DNA of 61,344 nt, filler included. It is 13 parts of 13 records of this genome, joined end to end, with 100 filler letters (N's around TTAATTAATTAA, not from the genome) between each part and the next. Parts side by side here need not be neighbours in the genome. Positions count along the whole stretch, not along the records: positions 33,207 to 37,753 come from SRR7504441_15121; positions 37,854 to 41,751 come from SRR7504441_15127; positions 41,852 to 45,697 come from SRR7504441_15132; 10 more parts are not named here. One strand, written 5' to 3'. Position numbers and translations under genes: made by a program. Each line of letters begins with the position of its first letter. Position 1 is the stretch's first letter. Positions 33,207 through 44,027 of the stretch are shown here, in pieces. The notes under the pieces were generated by a model. The model saw only the letters and a list, made by a program, of their open reading frames with translations. It had not been told where the DNA came from and made no database searches.

Positions 33207-35157
33207 TAGCCATATATGCCCTAATCCAAATCGGGTCAGTGTGCATGATGCCGATTGCCAGGTTGGGGATCATAAACAACTGCCGCCTTGCAGCCTTTGT
33301 CCTCCTAGTGCTCTGCTCAACACCGGTCACACAAGGTCGCTGTTGGAGCGATGCGTTTTGGGCTCCGGCAAGGTTCATCGACTCAAAGAGCAATACAGGA
33401 TGCATCCGGCAATCGCCAATGTGGTTTCTTCACTGTTTTACTCATCCCTTCTGACCACTCCAGCTGCAGTGGTGCACGAGCGTGCCAATGCTACGGCATC
33501 ACCATTGATTTGGGTCCAGTGCAGCTCAGCGGAGCAAATAGGCCCTCGAGGTAAGTCCTATGTCAACATCGAGCAAGCCGAATGCGCGGCATCTGCGGCA
33601 ATCAAGTTACGAGCAGCCCACCAGCACGCTAGCATTGCTGTTATCACAATGTGGGCCTCCTAGCTGCATCCGGCCAGCAAGCTCTACTGACAAACTGGCA
33701 GGTACAAAGGGCAGCTGCTGGAAATCATGCGGCGGGTCCCAGCTGCGATTGGAGTTGAGGTGTTGACAGTGGACTCGTGCCAAGGAAGTGAATTCGAGTA
33801 CGTGATTCTGTCGACAGTCCGTTGCAACTCAGCTGGTGGTATTGGATTTGTCAAGGACAAGCAGAGGGTGTGCGTGTCCATAAGCCGATCGCAGAGGCAG
33901 CTTATTATTCTCGGGGATGAGAGAACCGTAGGCTCCTGCTCAGACTGGGCTCAGGTGCTTAGCTCTTGCGCAAAACACTCTCCCAACAAGTGGATGGGAA
34001 GCGCCCGAATCGCAGAGAGTGACAGCTTGCTCGGTGTTGCGGAACAGAAGCATGCACCACAATCAGCTCAGACGCAAACGCAATTCTCAGTCGATGCGAC
34101 TCTGCTCAACAATCAGGAGCGTGCCAACCAAGCACAGAGGGGAGCGCATCGGCAGGCATTACCGCTCCAATCCAAGCACATAGAGCATTTGGCTGCTCCC
34201 GAGTTGACAAGTTCGGTTGAGTTTCCAGCTCTGGACCAGCATACCGTTCAGAGACAGTCAGAGCGGTCACGATTTGACGCGGATATGGAGGCTGCGCTCC
34301 GAGCGAGTGAGAGCTTTGTGCAGCCGAGTGGTGGCAGCTCATCGCATGAGGACTGGGATATTGATGCCGATGGCTTGCATGGGTTGTTTCCCGATGCAGT
34401 GCTGGTGGATGACGTGCTCGCTCGGTTCCAGCAGTCCGGAATGTGTCAGCAAGAGGCGGTGCAGCGAGCTTTCGTGGTGTTACTGGAGATGAGCGGGACA
34501 GATGACAGTGTCGATGAAGTTGACGATGCTGTGGCGTTTGACCTCGAATGGGATTTCGAAGGGAACTCGTCTGATGAAGCAGGGGCAGAAGCTGAGATTG
34601 ATCAGTCTCCAGAGTGTTTGTACAGCAGCCAAGAGCAAAGCGAGGCGCGGTCAGCTGAGCTTGCTGAGGCAAGTGCCTCCGATCCATCTGTTCGCATGAT
34701 TGTGGAGATGGGATATCCGTTAGCCGATGCTGAGGAAGCATTAGCGAGTCAGAGCGGTGATGTCACCCTTGCTGTTGAGTGGCTGATGGAACGCTGCGAG
34801 CTTGTCGTCGATGGCTCAACCCACGCACAAATAAGCAGTCTCTCCAATGTATCTCGAGGTGGGCGTGGGCGTGGGCGTGGGCGAGGACGTGGCCGAGGAG
34901 CCGCTGCACCAGAGCCGATCATTGCCTTGCAAGGGTCTCCGAGGAGCATGATACGTACTGCTCTTGAGAGGAACAAGCATCTGCCGACCACCGAAGTCAA
35001 AACTTTGGTAGAGTATTTTGTTCATGTGCTACGGACTTTAACGGATCGCGTCGGCTTAGACGCCCTCGCTGATCTTTTAGAAGGACATGGCGTAGCGGCT
35101 AGTTCTGCTAGACAGATTATAGACACGTGCAGCAATAAATTACGCGGTGCAAGTTAG
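33207..35157 (+). CDS. SF1 (UPF1/DNA2/SETX-like) helicase C-terminal lobe plus UBA domain and RG repeats (5'-partial)
   Basis: GDHKQLPP, LKEQYRMHPAI, ITM|YKGQ, TVDSCQGSEFEYVILSTVR and RVCVSISRSQ. UBA: IVEMGYPLADAEEAL...AVEWL. (GR)n near 34855-34900. Intron at 33651-33701. Confidence 0.85.
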
Positions 35158-35532
35158 AACCCGTATTCGTATCCAAATATCAAAGGGTACCCCAAAATTA
35201 ATGCATATGTCAAGTAGACTCAAGCGGCTGCTATACAGGACTGGTGTACCATACTAGGTCATGGGTACTCGTAGGCACTACGAGTATCCTTTAGAGCTAG
35301 CGACAGGTTTCTGATAATTAAGCCTCCGCCGGTCACCGTGTATCCCCGTGCCGCACTAACTCGTCAAAGTCGGCACCTTCAACTGGCCATTTCGCCATTT
35401 TCCACAGGTTACGGTACTGCAACGGTAAAAACAGCAACGCACTTTTGCTACCGGTACCTCGCCAGCCCGCCGGCGCAACGCGTCGGCAGCGCAACTGGTT
35501 GAGAATCATCAGGGACCGGACACGTCTCTAGA

Positions 35533-35901
35533 GTGAGTGGATTATGGCTAACCTCCTCAAAGTGGATTGATTCCTGCTATCACGGGCTGTTCAAATGCAA
35601 CAAAAAAACGATTGCAGGAGGGTGCTACCCGGAACTGTGGAAGCACACCCGGCGCATGCACCATGTCGTAGATAGCACCGAGCACTTTTCTGTCAAGGAA
35701 AGCATGATTGGCTACTATTTATCCTTCAAGTTAGGAGATGTCAACGGGTACGTCGTGCCGGTAGGCCCAATATTGGACTGGAGCCCACCTGCCCCATCCA
35801 AGGAGAAAGTGTCCCATGCCCCGTACTTGCGTTTGCTAGGGAATGCATGTATTGCTTGGGGCGTAACTTTCGCGTTCAAGGCTTTGTCATCAGCGCAATA
35901 G
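35533..35901 (+). CDS. Hypothetical small ORF
   Basis: 122-codon open frame with protein-like composition, no ATG at its start and no recognised motif. Confidence 0.2.
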   Translation: MSGLWLTSSKWIDSCYHGLFKCNKKTIAGGCYPELWKHTRRMHHVVDSTEHFSVKESMIGYYLSFKLGDVNGYVVPVGPILDWSPPAPSKEKVSHAPYLRLLGNACIAWGVTFAFKALSSAQ

Positions 35902-36494
35902 CTACCATCGCACCCTAGAAACTACAGAGGCTCATAAATGAAGTTCGTGACTTATGTACTCGTATTAGTACAGTAAGTCGCACTTATAAGAATGCATGTT
36001 TTTAAAATACAGGGTCTTGAATTTCCTCGGATTTTTAGATGTTGAGGACCCTTGTTGGCGCCGAAGGCGCCGGAAAATTTTCTATTTAGTAACTTTATTA
36101 ATAGATATTTAAGATGTATCACCATATTCATATTGCAGTGGCGGGAAGCGGCACCCGTAGCCCTGTCCCCCCACGTGAGCCACCCCCGCCGGCCGGCCGC
36201 ACCCCGCTGGCTCATGCCGTTGCGGTGCACGTGGGCGTGCATGCAAGCTTAGTGCGTGCTTCGTTGAGAGCGACAATTATACATGTACTCGTATACCATC
36301 GCGTACCAGGTATACCGTATTATTTTGTTGATCGTCCAGGTACGAGTAGATCTACGAGTACTCGTATGTACGAGTACCGGTAGTAACTACCTGGTACAAG
36401 TACTTAAATACAAAGTACCAGGTAGACAGAAAAAAAAAACACTGTACTTTGCTTGGCCGTTGGGCTTGTTGACTTGCCGGCCGCCACTTTTTAC

Positions 36495-37370
36495 ATGCTG
36501 AGCACCGGGCAGAGCGCTTCGAACGACGCGTGGTTTGAAAGCTTCCATCGCCTCAACCTCGAAGGCTACGTGGCGCGCACCCCGAGCTTCGGACGCGTGT
36601 CAGGTTTACTTGGGCGAGGCGCGGTTGATCATCTGGCGGTGCGCTCGTTCGCCCCTGGTGGCATTGCGCGGTGCATGGCCCCGTACGTTGCTTCCGGGTA
36701 CACGCTGGGCGGCACTGTGGAGATCGCCGGTGTGCCGCTCACGGCTGAGTGGTACCGCCCACCCGAGGGCAAGCCCGACTGGCCCAAGGTGTTCGTCAGC
36801 GAGCTAGACCCGCAGGACCTGGCCCCCGCAGCCTCCCAGATTGTGAGCGCGTGCCTGTCGCGCGCCGCCCCGGTGGACGACCTCCCCGATTCGCCTGCGG
36901 ACTGGCACCACCTGCTAGACAACCCGAGGTCCAACCCAACTTTGGAAGAGTACCAGCAGCTGATCTCACTCGCCGTTGATGACGAGGCCACGCGCTCGGC
37001 GGGAGTGCAGTACGCTGCCTGGACTCTTGTGCATGGAGGTCGTGTCAACCATGCAGCGCTGCTACTCAGCACGCCCATCGGCGAAGCGAACGCCGAGCTG
37101 TTGCGAGCTGGTCACGAGATGAATGAGGGTGGGGGTGAGGATGGTTACACTCAGGGGAGTGCTGCGGTGGGTCTCGAGCAGAGCTCGACCCTTGCCGACT
37201 GTGTGGTACATGAGTTTGCATGTGGGCAGACCCTGGCTGTGCCGTGCGCCTTTGTTGAACTAGTGAGCCGGCATGATGGCTTTGATGGCTTCCTGGGGGC
37301 CAATGCTAAGGGAATCTTTAAATCGACACACCTCAGGCTTAGCGAACAATCTCAAGCCGGGTCTGTCTAG
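36495..37370 (+). CDS. DUF1338 / HglS-like 2-oxoadipate dioxygenase-decarboxylase family protein, intronless
   Basis: DHLAVRSF, PKVFVSEL, YAAWTLVHGGRVNH, LEQSSTLAD, FVELVSR and DGFLGANAKGIFKST. Confidence 0.85.
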   Translation: MLSTGQSASNDAWFESFHRLNLEGYVARTPSFGRVSGLLGRGAVDHLAVRSFAPGGIARCMAPYVASGYTLGGTVEIAGVPLTAEWYRPPEGKPDWPKVFVSELDPQDLAPAASQIVSACLSRAAPVDDLPDSPADWHHLLDNPRSNPTLEEYQQLISLAVDDEATRSAGVQYAAWTLVHGGRVNHAALLLSTPIGEANAELLRAGHEMNEGGGEDGYTQGSAAVGLEQSSTLADCVVHEFACGQTLAVPCAFVELVSRHDGFDGFLGANAKGIFKSTHLRLSEQSQAGSV

Positions 37371-37853
37371 GGCCGACTTAAATGCAGCTTCATGGTCTTG
37401 ACGCCAATGATGAACGTCGTGAACGTGATGAACCGGTTTAATACCTAACGCCGGCGCGTACTTAATGAGTTCAGTATCCGCTTCGCATCTAGTTCGCATC
37501 GTGCGCATGATGTGCGCAAGAACCACCCGCCTGAGACTAGCTCCGTAGAAGAGGGGTACATGTGTAGGAGATGAAGTGGTTGTTTCAATGAGGCGAATGG
37601 GGTTTAATATTCAGAGTAGTTGCCGCCGTTTATTCGTGTGATCTGGCCATGCAGTGAGTTGCGACTGCCGCTGAACTTTCTGAACGTTAGTCTAAACTAT
37701 TTAGAATACAAATAGCACGATTCACTATTTAAATATTTACGAGAACTACACGANNNNNNNNNNNNNNNNNNNNNNNNNNNNNNNNNNNNNNNNNNNNTTA
37801 ATTAATTAANNNNNNNNNNNNNNNNNNNNNNNNNNNNNNNNNNNNNNNNNNNN

Positions 37854-39321
37854 GCCCCCCCCCCTCCATCGCCCAGCCGAGCCGGGCGGCCAGAACCGCC
37901 CATGGAGCCCCTCCAACGACTCCTCCCCCCCGGGTGGCACCCGACGCGGATCTTTGGACCGGATGTCCCCGCTGGCGGCTGAGCACCCTCGCCGGGGATC
38001 GGCCGGCAACTCGCCCTCCAGCATGCTAGTGCTCCCGAACGCGGCCCCGCTAGAGCCAACCGATCGGTTCTCGTTGCACGCGGTGGGCCGCCGGCCGGGC
38101 CTTGGGTCGATCCGGCCGCAGGAGGCCGACGAGGTGCCAGAGGTGCCGGACGAGTCGAGCTCGCCTCAAAACTCGATTCCGCCCCAGAGCTCGCTCCCAC
38201 CGCAAGAGAGTCCCATCAATACCATCAGCCCAGGTGCGCGGCGCGAGGGCCGTGCTGAGGCCGGGGCAGCCGAGGCTGGGCAGCCGACTCAGGCGGAGCT
38301 GTCGCAGCGGCTGCTTGGCCGGTCACTCACTCAGGAGGAGGCCCGGAGCGTGGGCCCACGTGAGTGGATCAAGGGTAACAGGATCGGGGCCGGGGCGTAC
38401 GGGACAGTCTGGATGGGCCTGGTCCCCTCAACCGGCAAGCTGATTGCGATAAAGACGCTCGAGTTCATTGAGGGGAGCGCTCAGGACAAGGAGAGGATAG
38501 AGTCAATACAGATGGAGACGGCCATCCTGTCGGTGCTCCGGCACAGGAACATCTGCGGGTACCTGGGCGCGCGAACCGACCCGGGGCCCGGCGGCCAGAT
38601 GGGGCTCAACATCCTGCTCGAGTGGATACCGGGAGGGTCAATAGCCTCGCTGGTCAACCAGTTTGGGCCGCTGCCCGAGGCCACGATCAGAGTATACACC
38701 CGGCAGATCCTGGAGGGACTCCGGTACCTGCACAACCACAGGGTGATCCATAGAGACATCAAAGGTGCCCGCCGCAGCCTGTGCTGTGCCAACACGTTGG
38801 GCAGGGGCCAACATCTTGGTCACGTGCGACGGCGTGATCAAGCTGACAGACTTTGGGCACAGCAAGATGGACTACAGCACGCTCAACAACACGCTTGACA
38901 CGATGAAGATGCGCTCGCTGAAGGGCACCCCCTTCTGGATGGCCCCCGAAGTAGTCAGAGAGGAAGGGTATGGTCGGCGGGCGGACATCTGGAGCCTGGG
39001 CTGCACAATCATAGAGATGGCCTCTGGGGTGCCGCCCTGGGCCGACGTGGGCACCAACCAATTCACGGTGATGATGAAGATCGCCAACGGCAAGGAGCCA
39101 CCCAAGGTAGGGCTAGAGCCTGGTGCAGACTTATCAGGCGGCAGATACCGAGTGAACTAAGCCCCGAGGCACAAAGCTTCATGCTGCATTGCTTTCAGCG
39201 CGACCCAACTGAACGGCCAAACGCAAAGGAGTTGCTTGCTGACAATTGGATTTGTGACGAGGCGAGGCGGCTCGGCGACGGTGAGCGCAAGCATTGGCCA
39301 GATAATTCAACAGCCAAATGA
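37854..39321 (+). CDS. STE11/NPK1-like MAP kinase kinase kinase (5'-partial)
   Basis: WIKGNRIGAGAYGTV, IAIK, LEWIPGGSI, HRDIKG|ANIL, DFG, GTPFWMAPE and DIWSLGCT. Introns at 38765-38804 and 39107-39144. Confidence 0.92.
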
Positions 39322-39753
39322 TTGCATGGGTTCTTTATCACTCATGTTCACTTGTGAATGATTGTACGGTACAACCTCATGGGTCTTGCAAGCCAATGCT
39401 CACAAGGTCAAGACGGTTTGTGAATGGACGGTCATAATCATGAGAGTAAAGGAGAATTGTCAGTGTATTCAATAAAGCGAACTTGCTCAGATCCTACATG
39501 TATAAAAATTTATCTGTACAATCATATTCCACAATAATAATTACCGGTATAATTATAAGGCTTAAACTTAAATCTAAGGCTTCGTGCTTGCGAGTCTGTT
39601 GCTACTCTGTTGTAACTCGGTTTCTGATATAATTGGACGGTATTGGGCACTTGATTAGCGCGCACACTCCTTGTATGGCTAAATGTGCACCAGTGCAATC
39701 GATACTATAGCCGGGTTATCGAGCTACTGAGTATCTTGGTGCAGAGTGAGCTT

Positions 39754-41751
39754 CTAGTACGAGCTGCCGACATGCTTGCCGAGCTCATGCAAACGGGAGA
39801 CATGCCGTGGCTCGAGCAAACTGTGCTCGCTCACCTTCTGGTCCAGTTTTTCTACGACTTGAGCAAACTCGCTCAGACCAATTGTCGATCGGTCGTCAAA
39901 TTTGCTCTCAGCAAGAACTATATCCATCAGTGTAGACACTTTGCCCAGTGACAACCCACAGGATTCAAGCCCCAGCAGCTCGTACAGATTGCGGAACTGA
40001 GTTCGGAGCTGCTGCACGTGCAACTGACCGTCCTGATTGAGTGCATCAAAGCAGTCTGTCACCCTGCTGTCTGGCTTATCCTGGGAGCGATTCGCTGGTT
40101 CGCGGCTAGGAGGGTTTGGCTTGCCAACCCCTCCCACCGCACCATCTACCTGTGTGCCAAGGAAACTGCCCATATCCTTGGCACACAGGTAGATAGTGCG
40201 GAAGTACTCAAAGAACTCACTCTTCTCGAGCCAGAAAATGCCATCGTCTCGCTGATTCGGGTTAAGCTCCTTCTTGACCTGTGGGTACTGCTCCCAGCCT
40301 GGGCCATCGTCGTCCCACAGCCCGGACTCAAATTCACCTGTGCCCCACGGATTTCTCACGCGCACCATATCAAAGCTGGTTCCAGCTACATCGTTCACGC
40401 AGTCCAGAATGGTGTAGGCGTGCCCGTCTACAATGCCCTCGTGGTCCTCTGTGTCTGAGCCGGCACGGGTACCAGCCGCCATGATGAACTCAGCATCTTC
40501 CCAGGCGCACATACGTTCAAACAATTCTTCTTGCGAAATTCTTGTTTTTGAATCACCGCCGCCCCCCACTTCAGGCCATTCCATTGGCCAGAGCCCACCA
40601 AAACCCTCATGTGGTGAGTTGCCAATATGCTCCCATTCCCCTGAGTTGGGATTGCGCGCCCCGAATGAACCATAACCTTTGCCATCCAATTGAATGGTGT
40701 AGCACTCTCGACACCCGGTGAGTAATTTCCAGGCATGTGTGCACGAACCGCCTGAAATTCGGTCCCAGCCCCCGCAGTGAGCTGCGACTGCCTTCTCAAT
40801 GTAACAAACCCAGAGCTCTCCGCTCTTTGACGGCTGGGTGCCGAGCAGATCGGCACCATCATGGTCCATGCACAGCCTCTCGTCCACTTCGATGTCGATT
40901 GGCGTAAACCCTGTCTCTGTCCTGTTGGAGAGATCAAAGAGAGAGATCTTATACTTGTTGAACTGATCCGAAGGGGCAGTGCGCATGTCCTTGCCGCACT
41001 TTTTAAACAAATTCATGATCGCCCCATCGTACTCGGCTAGAGCCGAGATTCCACTCAGGAGCCAGCAATCGCCCACCTTGCCCTGGCGCACATCCCTCGG
41101 GTCCGCATCCTCAAGGACTCTGAGGGTTGGGAAATCGCCAAATCCCATCCCACGCCCAGGAAGCACCGGATCTGGCAGAGAGACGCCTTTGTAGTGGCTC
41201 AGGCAGTCGTCAGTGTACCTGTCGGGCTGGATCCGGACCTCAGAAGTCAATGGCTGGTAGCGACTCTTTACAAAAGTGTAGCCGCCGTTTGGCTGTGGCC
41301 TCACACGCACTCTGGAAGGAGGAGTGCTGCGCTTCATCATTGTAAAGAATTGCTGATTTTCCGGCCAGTCAACCATATCGCTCTGATAATATACCACCTC
41401 ATAAGTAAGCGGGTCTGACTTGAGCTGGGCCAGCCCAGTACCTAGAATTGCACCTTGCACCTCCTCCGATTCTGGCTTTTCCTGATACTTCACCGATCCA
41501 TTGAATTCGGTTGTATCAAATATCCATTTCTCAGCGATTGCTTTCGACCAGTCAATCGCTAAAGGGGGGAGCTTCACGCGCTTCTCGCTACTGCGTGCTG
41601 GCTGAGACACTTTGCTTCGCCGAGCTTTGTCGGACTGTGGCTTGCGATTTCTTCGAATATCATGTGGATTGGGCTTGTCATTCAACCAGTCCTCGGCCTT
41701 TGCCTTGGCGTCTGCTTGTTCCCGCTCCTGTTCCGCCTTCTCGCGCTCCGC
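39754..41751 (-). CDS. Calpain-family (C2) cysteine protease with a degenerate EF-hand-like tail (5'-partial)
   Basis: Catalytic triad motifs QGKVGDCWLL, GHAYTIL and RNPWG, plus IEKAVA and DDGIFWL. Confidence 0.92.
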   Translation of the reverse strand, partial: AEREKAEQEREQADAKAKAEDWLNDKPNPHDIRRNRKPQSDKARRSKVSQPARSSEKRVKLPPLAIDWSKAIAEKWIFDTTEFNGSVKYQEKPESEEVQGAILGTGLAQLKSDPLTYEVVYYQSDMVDWPENQQFFTMMKRSTPPSRVRVRPQPNGGYTFVKSRYQPLTSEVRIQPDRYTDDCLSHYKGVSLPDPVLPGRGMGFGDFPTLRVLEDADPRDVRQGKVGDCWLLSGISALAEYDGAIMNLFKKCGKDMRTAPSDQFNKYKISLFDLSNRTETGFTPIDIEVDERLCMDHDGADLLGTQPSKSGELWVCYIEKAVAAHCGGWDRISGGSCTHAWKLLTGCRECYTIQLDGKGYGSFGARNPNSGEWEHIGNSPHEGFGGLWPMEWPEVGGGGDSKTRISQEELFERMCAWEDAEFIMAAGTRAGSDTEDHEGIVDGHAYTILDCVNDVAGTSFDMVRVRNPWGTGEFESGLWDDDGPGWEQYPQVKKELNPNQRDDGIFWLEKSEFFEYFRTIYLCAKDMGSFLGTQVDGAVGGVGKPNPPSREPANRSQDKPDSRVTDCFDALNQDGQLHVQQLRTQFRNLYELLGLESCGLSLGKVSTLMDIVLAESKFDDRSTIGLSEFAQVVEKLDQKVSEHSLLEPRHVSRLHELGKHVGSSY

Positions 41752-41851
41752 NNNNNNNNNNNNNNNNNNNNNNNNNNNNNNNNNNNNNNNNNNNNTTAAT
41801 TAATTAANNNNNNNNNNNNNNNNNNNNNNNNNNNNNNNNNNNNNNNNNNNN

Positions 41852-41894
41852 GTTAACTGATTATTTCCTTATTTGGAAGGTGTGACGCTGTCAC
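41852..41894 (-). repeat. Repeated 45-nt intron family, copy B (last 2 nt lost at the contig end)
   Basis: GTGACAGCGTCACACCTTCCAAATAAGGAAATAATCAGTTAAC, similar to the copies at 42123-42167 and 45669-45697. Confidence 0.7.
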
Positions 41895-43503
41895 CGTGGC
41901 CGTTGGCCGCAGCTGCTCCAGCTGCGCTTTGTATTTGTTCTCCATCGCTTCAAGCGAAAGCTGCTCGATTTGATTTTTGATGTTTTCGACGTCTTCGACG
42001 TCGACGAAAAGGTCTTTCGAAGTCAAGATTTCGTGCGCAGTCTTGACCAACTGCACGCCCCATCCTCAAGGTCAACCCCTCCACCGGCCCCCCACCGCAC
42101 GGATCTGGGCCACAGTCGCCACCTGTGTTAACCGGTTATTGCCTTTTAAGGAAGGTAACAGCGTCACCCATCCGCCGTCACCTTGCCGCAGCAGTCGATT
42201 GCTCAAGTCGGCAGCCAGCAGCGTCACCTCCTGGTAACAGTGCCCTGCCCCAATGCCGTTAAATTGCCGTTAGATTGCCGTTGCCCACCGGCCTGCCGCC
42301 GCAGCCCGTTGATCCGTGCCGACAGCGGTTTCTGCGTTTCGGCCCCGCGACGCCGCAAGAAGACCGGATCGGCGTCGCGGACCAGCTGCCGCCCCCACCA
42401 GCAGCGGTCAGATTGCCGTTGAATTGCCGTTAGAATAGCCGTTACCTTGTCCTCCTCGGCGTGAAGCAGCCGCTGGCACAGCGCGAGCAACCTCCCGACC
42501 CTGGATTATTTCGATTAATTCGTCGGTTAGCTAGCGGCAACGGCACTGGTTTGCCGACATTGGCAGCCCCGTGCTGAGCAACCGGCGCCGCTCGGTCCGC
42601 ATTATCTCCAGATGGTCAGCCACCTGAAATAATAAACAATTAATTAAACAATTAACCGCCGATTACGAATTACGAATCACCCGACGGAACATCTTCTTCC
42701 GCGATCCTCTCAGCGCCGCCGCCTGAGCCGGGTACCACGGCTCGCCTGCCAACGGACAAAATCTCAACGGACATAATGTCCGTTGGGCGCACCTCCGAGC
42801 ACTTCGGTCACGGTCGACTTGTTGGAAAGCTGCTCGAACTGCTCGATTTTCTTTTGCATCGCGAGCTCGTCGGCGGTGGGGCCAACGTCTTTCGTAGCCG
42901 AAACTGCCTCCTCCACCGCCGCGTGCACCGCCTTGCTGTGTCGCTCCGCCCGGCCCCAGCCCTCCTCGCCCTCCGCCTCGCCCTCCGCCTCCGCTGGCAT
43001 CCAGCCGCCGCCTGGATACGCCAGCAGCGTCCCCCGCTGCCCCAACAAAAGTCCGTTACATATCGCCAACAGACACCGGGGCGCTACCGTCCACTCGGCA
43101 CGGCTGTCCGCCCGGGCCTTGTCCGCGTCGTGCTGTCAGCCCCGCCGGATCAGTCCGTGCTGACCAGCCGCCGCCGCCGCACCCTCAGCTCTTGCATCCT
43201 CCCAATCGCATCGCGCAGCTCGGCGCAGTTGGCTGTCCGTTGAATTAACGGCAGCGCCGCCAACGGCCGCGCACCGGCCGACGGCTCGGACCGTGTCGAC
43301 AGCCGCTGCTGCTGGAGCTGCTGGAGCTCGCCGGCCACCTTGTCGATGGCGGCGGCTGTGAACTGCCGTTGGGCCGTTATCGGGGCGTTCTTGTGGCGGG
43401 CGGCGGCCGGCGGATAGTTGAGCGCGGCCCACACTTCCGTTGGCTTCTGCACCGGCCCGATTGTCGAGGTGCGCGGGTTGAACAGCGCTGAGGACAGCAC
43501 CAT
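41852..43503 (-). CDS. Uncharacterised intron-rich gene (3'-partial)
   Basis: Short exons join in frame, e.g. ...RLLRQGDGGW|VATVAQIRA|LVKTAHEILTSKD...QLRPTAT|. Probable ATG at 43503. Confidence 0.55.
42123..42167 (-). repeat. Repeated 45-nt intron family, copy A (complete)
   Basis: GTGACGCTGTTACCTTCCTTAAAAGGCAATAACCGGTTAACACAG. Phase-0 removal removes an in-frame TAA. Confidence 0.75.
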
Positions 43504-44027
43504 CGCTCCAACGACAATTTACAGTACAGCTGTACAATACCGGTACTCGTACTTGAATACCGGTACTACGAAAGTACAGCCGTACGGTATTAAAATCAGG
43601 TCCATCTGCCATGCATCTAACACTGGCTGTTTCCTTAAATCCTTGCTTCACTGCACGGGCTTTAACAATACCAGATCTCTTAATATCCAACAAAATGCGG
43701 CGAGGTCCGTTACTTCGACATGCGCTCGTGTAGCTAGAGCACCTAGTACGTACGGTACGTCCGTACTGAATATAAACTCTCTTTCGCTTTCGAATCGATG
43801 GAGGCGACGCGGCGATACTAATAGTGATACCAGCGCTGCCGGAAGCGCGCGCGGGGGCGTTCTGTTGGGCGGGCAAGCGGCATTGGGCGTCTTCGTACGC
43901 GAGCGAATGAAATACTGTGTTCAAAAAGTGCGTATAGTAGCTGACATAGCTGACATAGGTTAGACAGTGCCCGCGTTACTATGGCTAGGCAGTGGCCTAG
44001 CTAAGCTAGCCAGTGCTCCAACCGAGT

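Noticed and set aside
43136-43963. Overlapping ORFs 43136..43924 (-) and 43418..43963 (+)
   Set aside because: The 43510-43960 part is intergenic-like, palindrome-rich DNA and the translations look non-coding.
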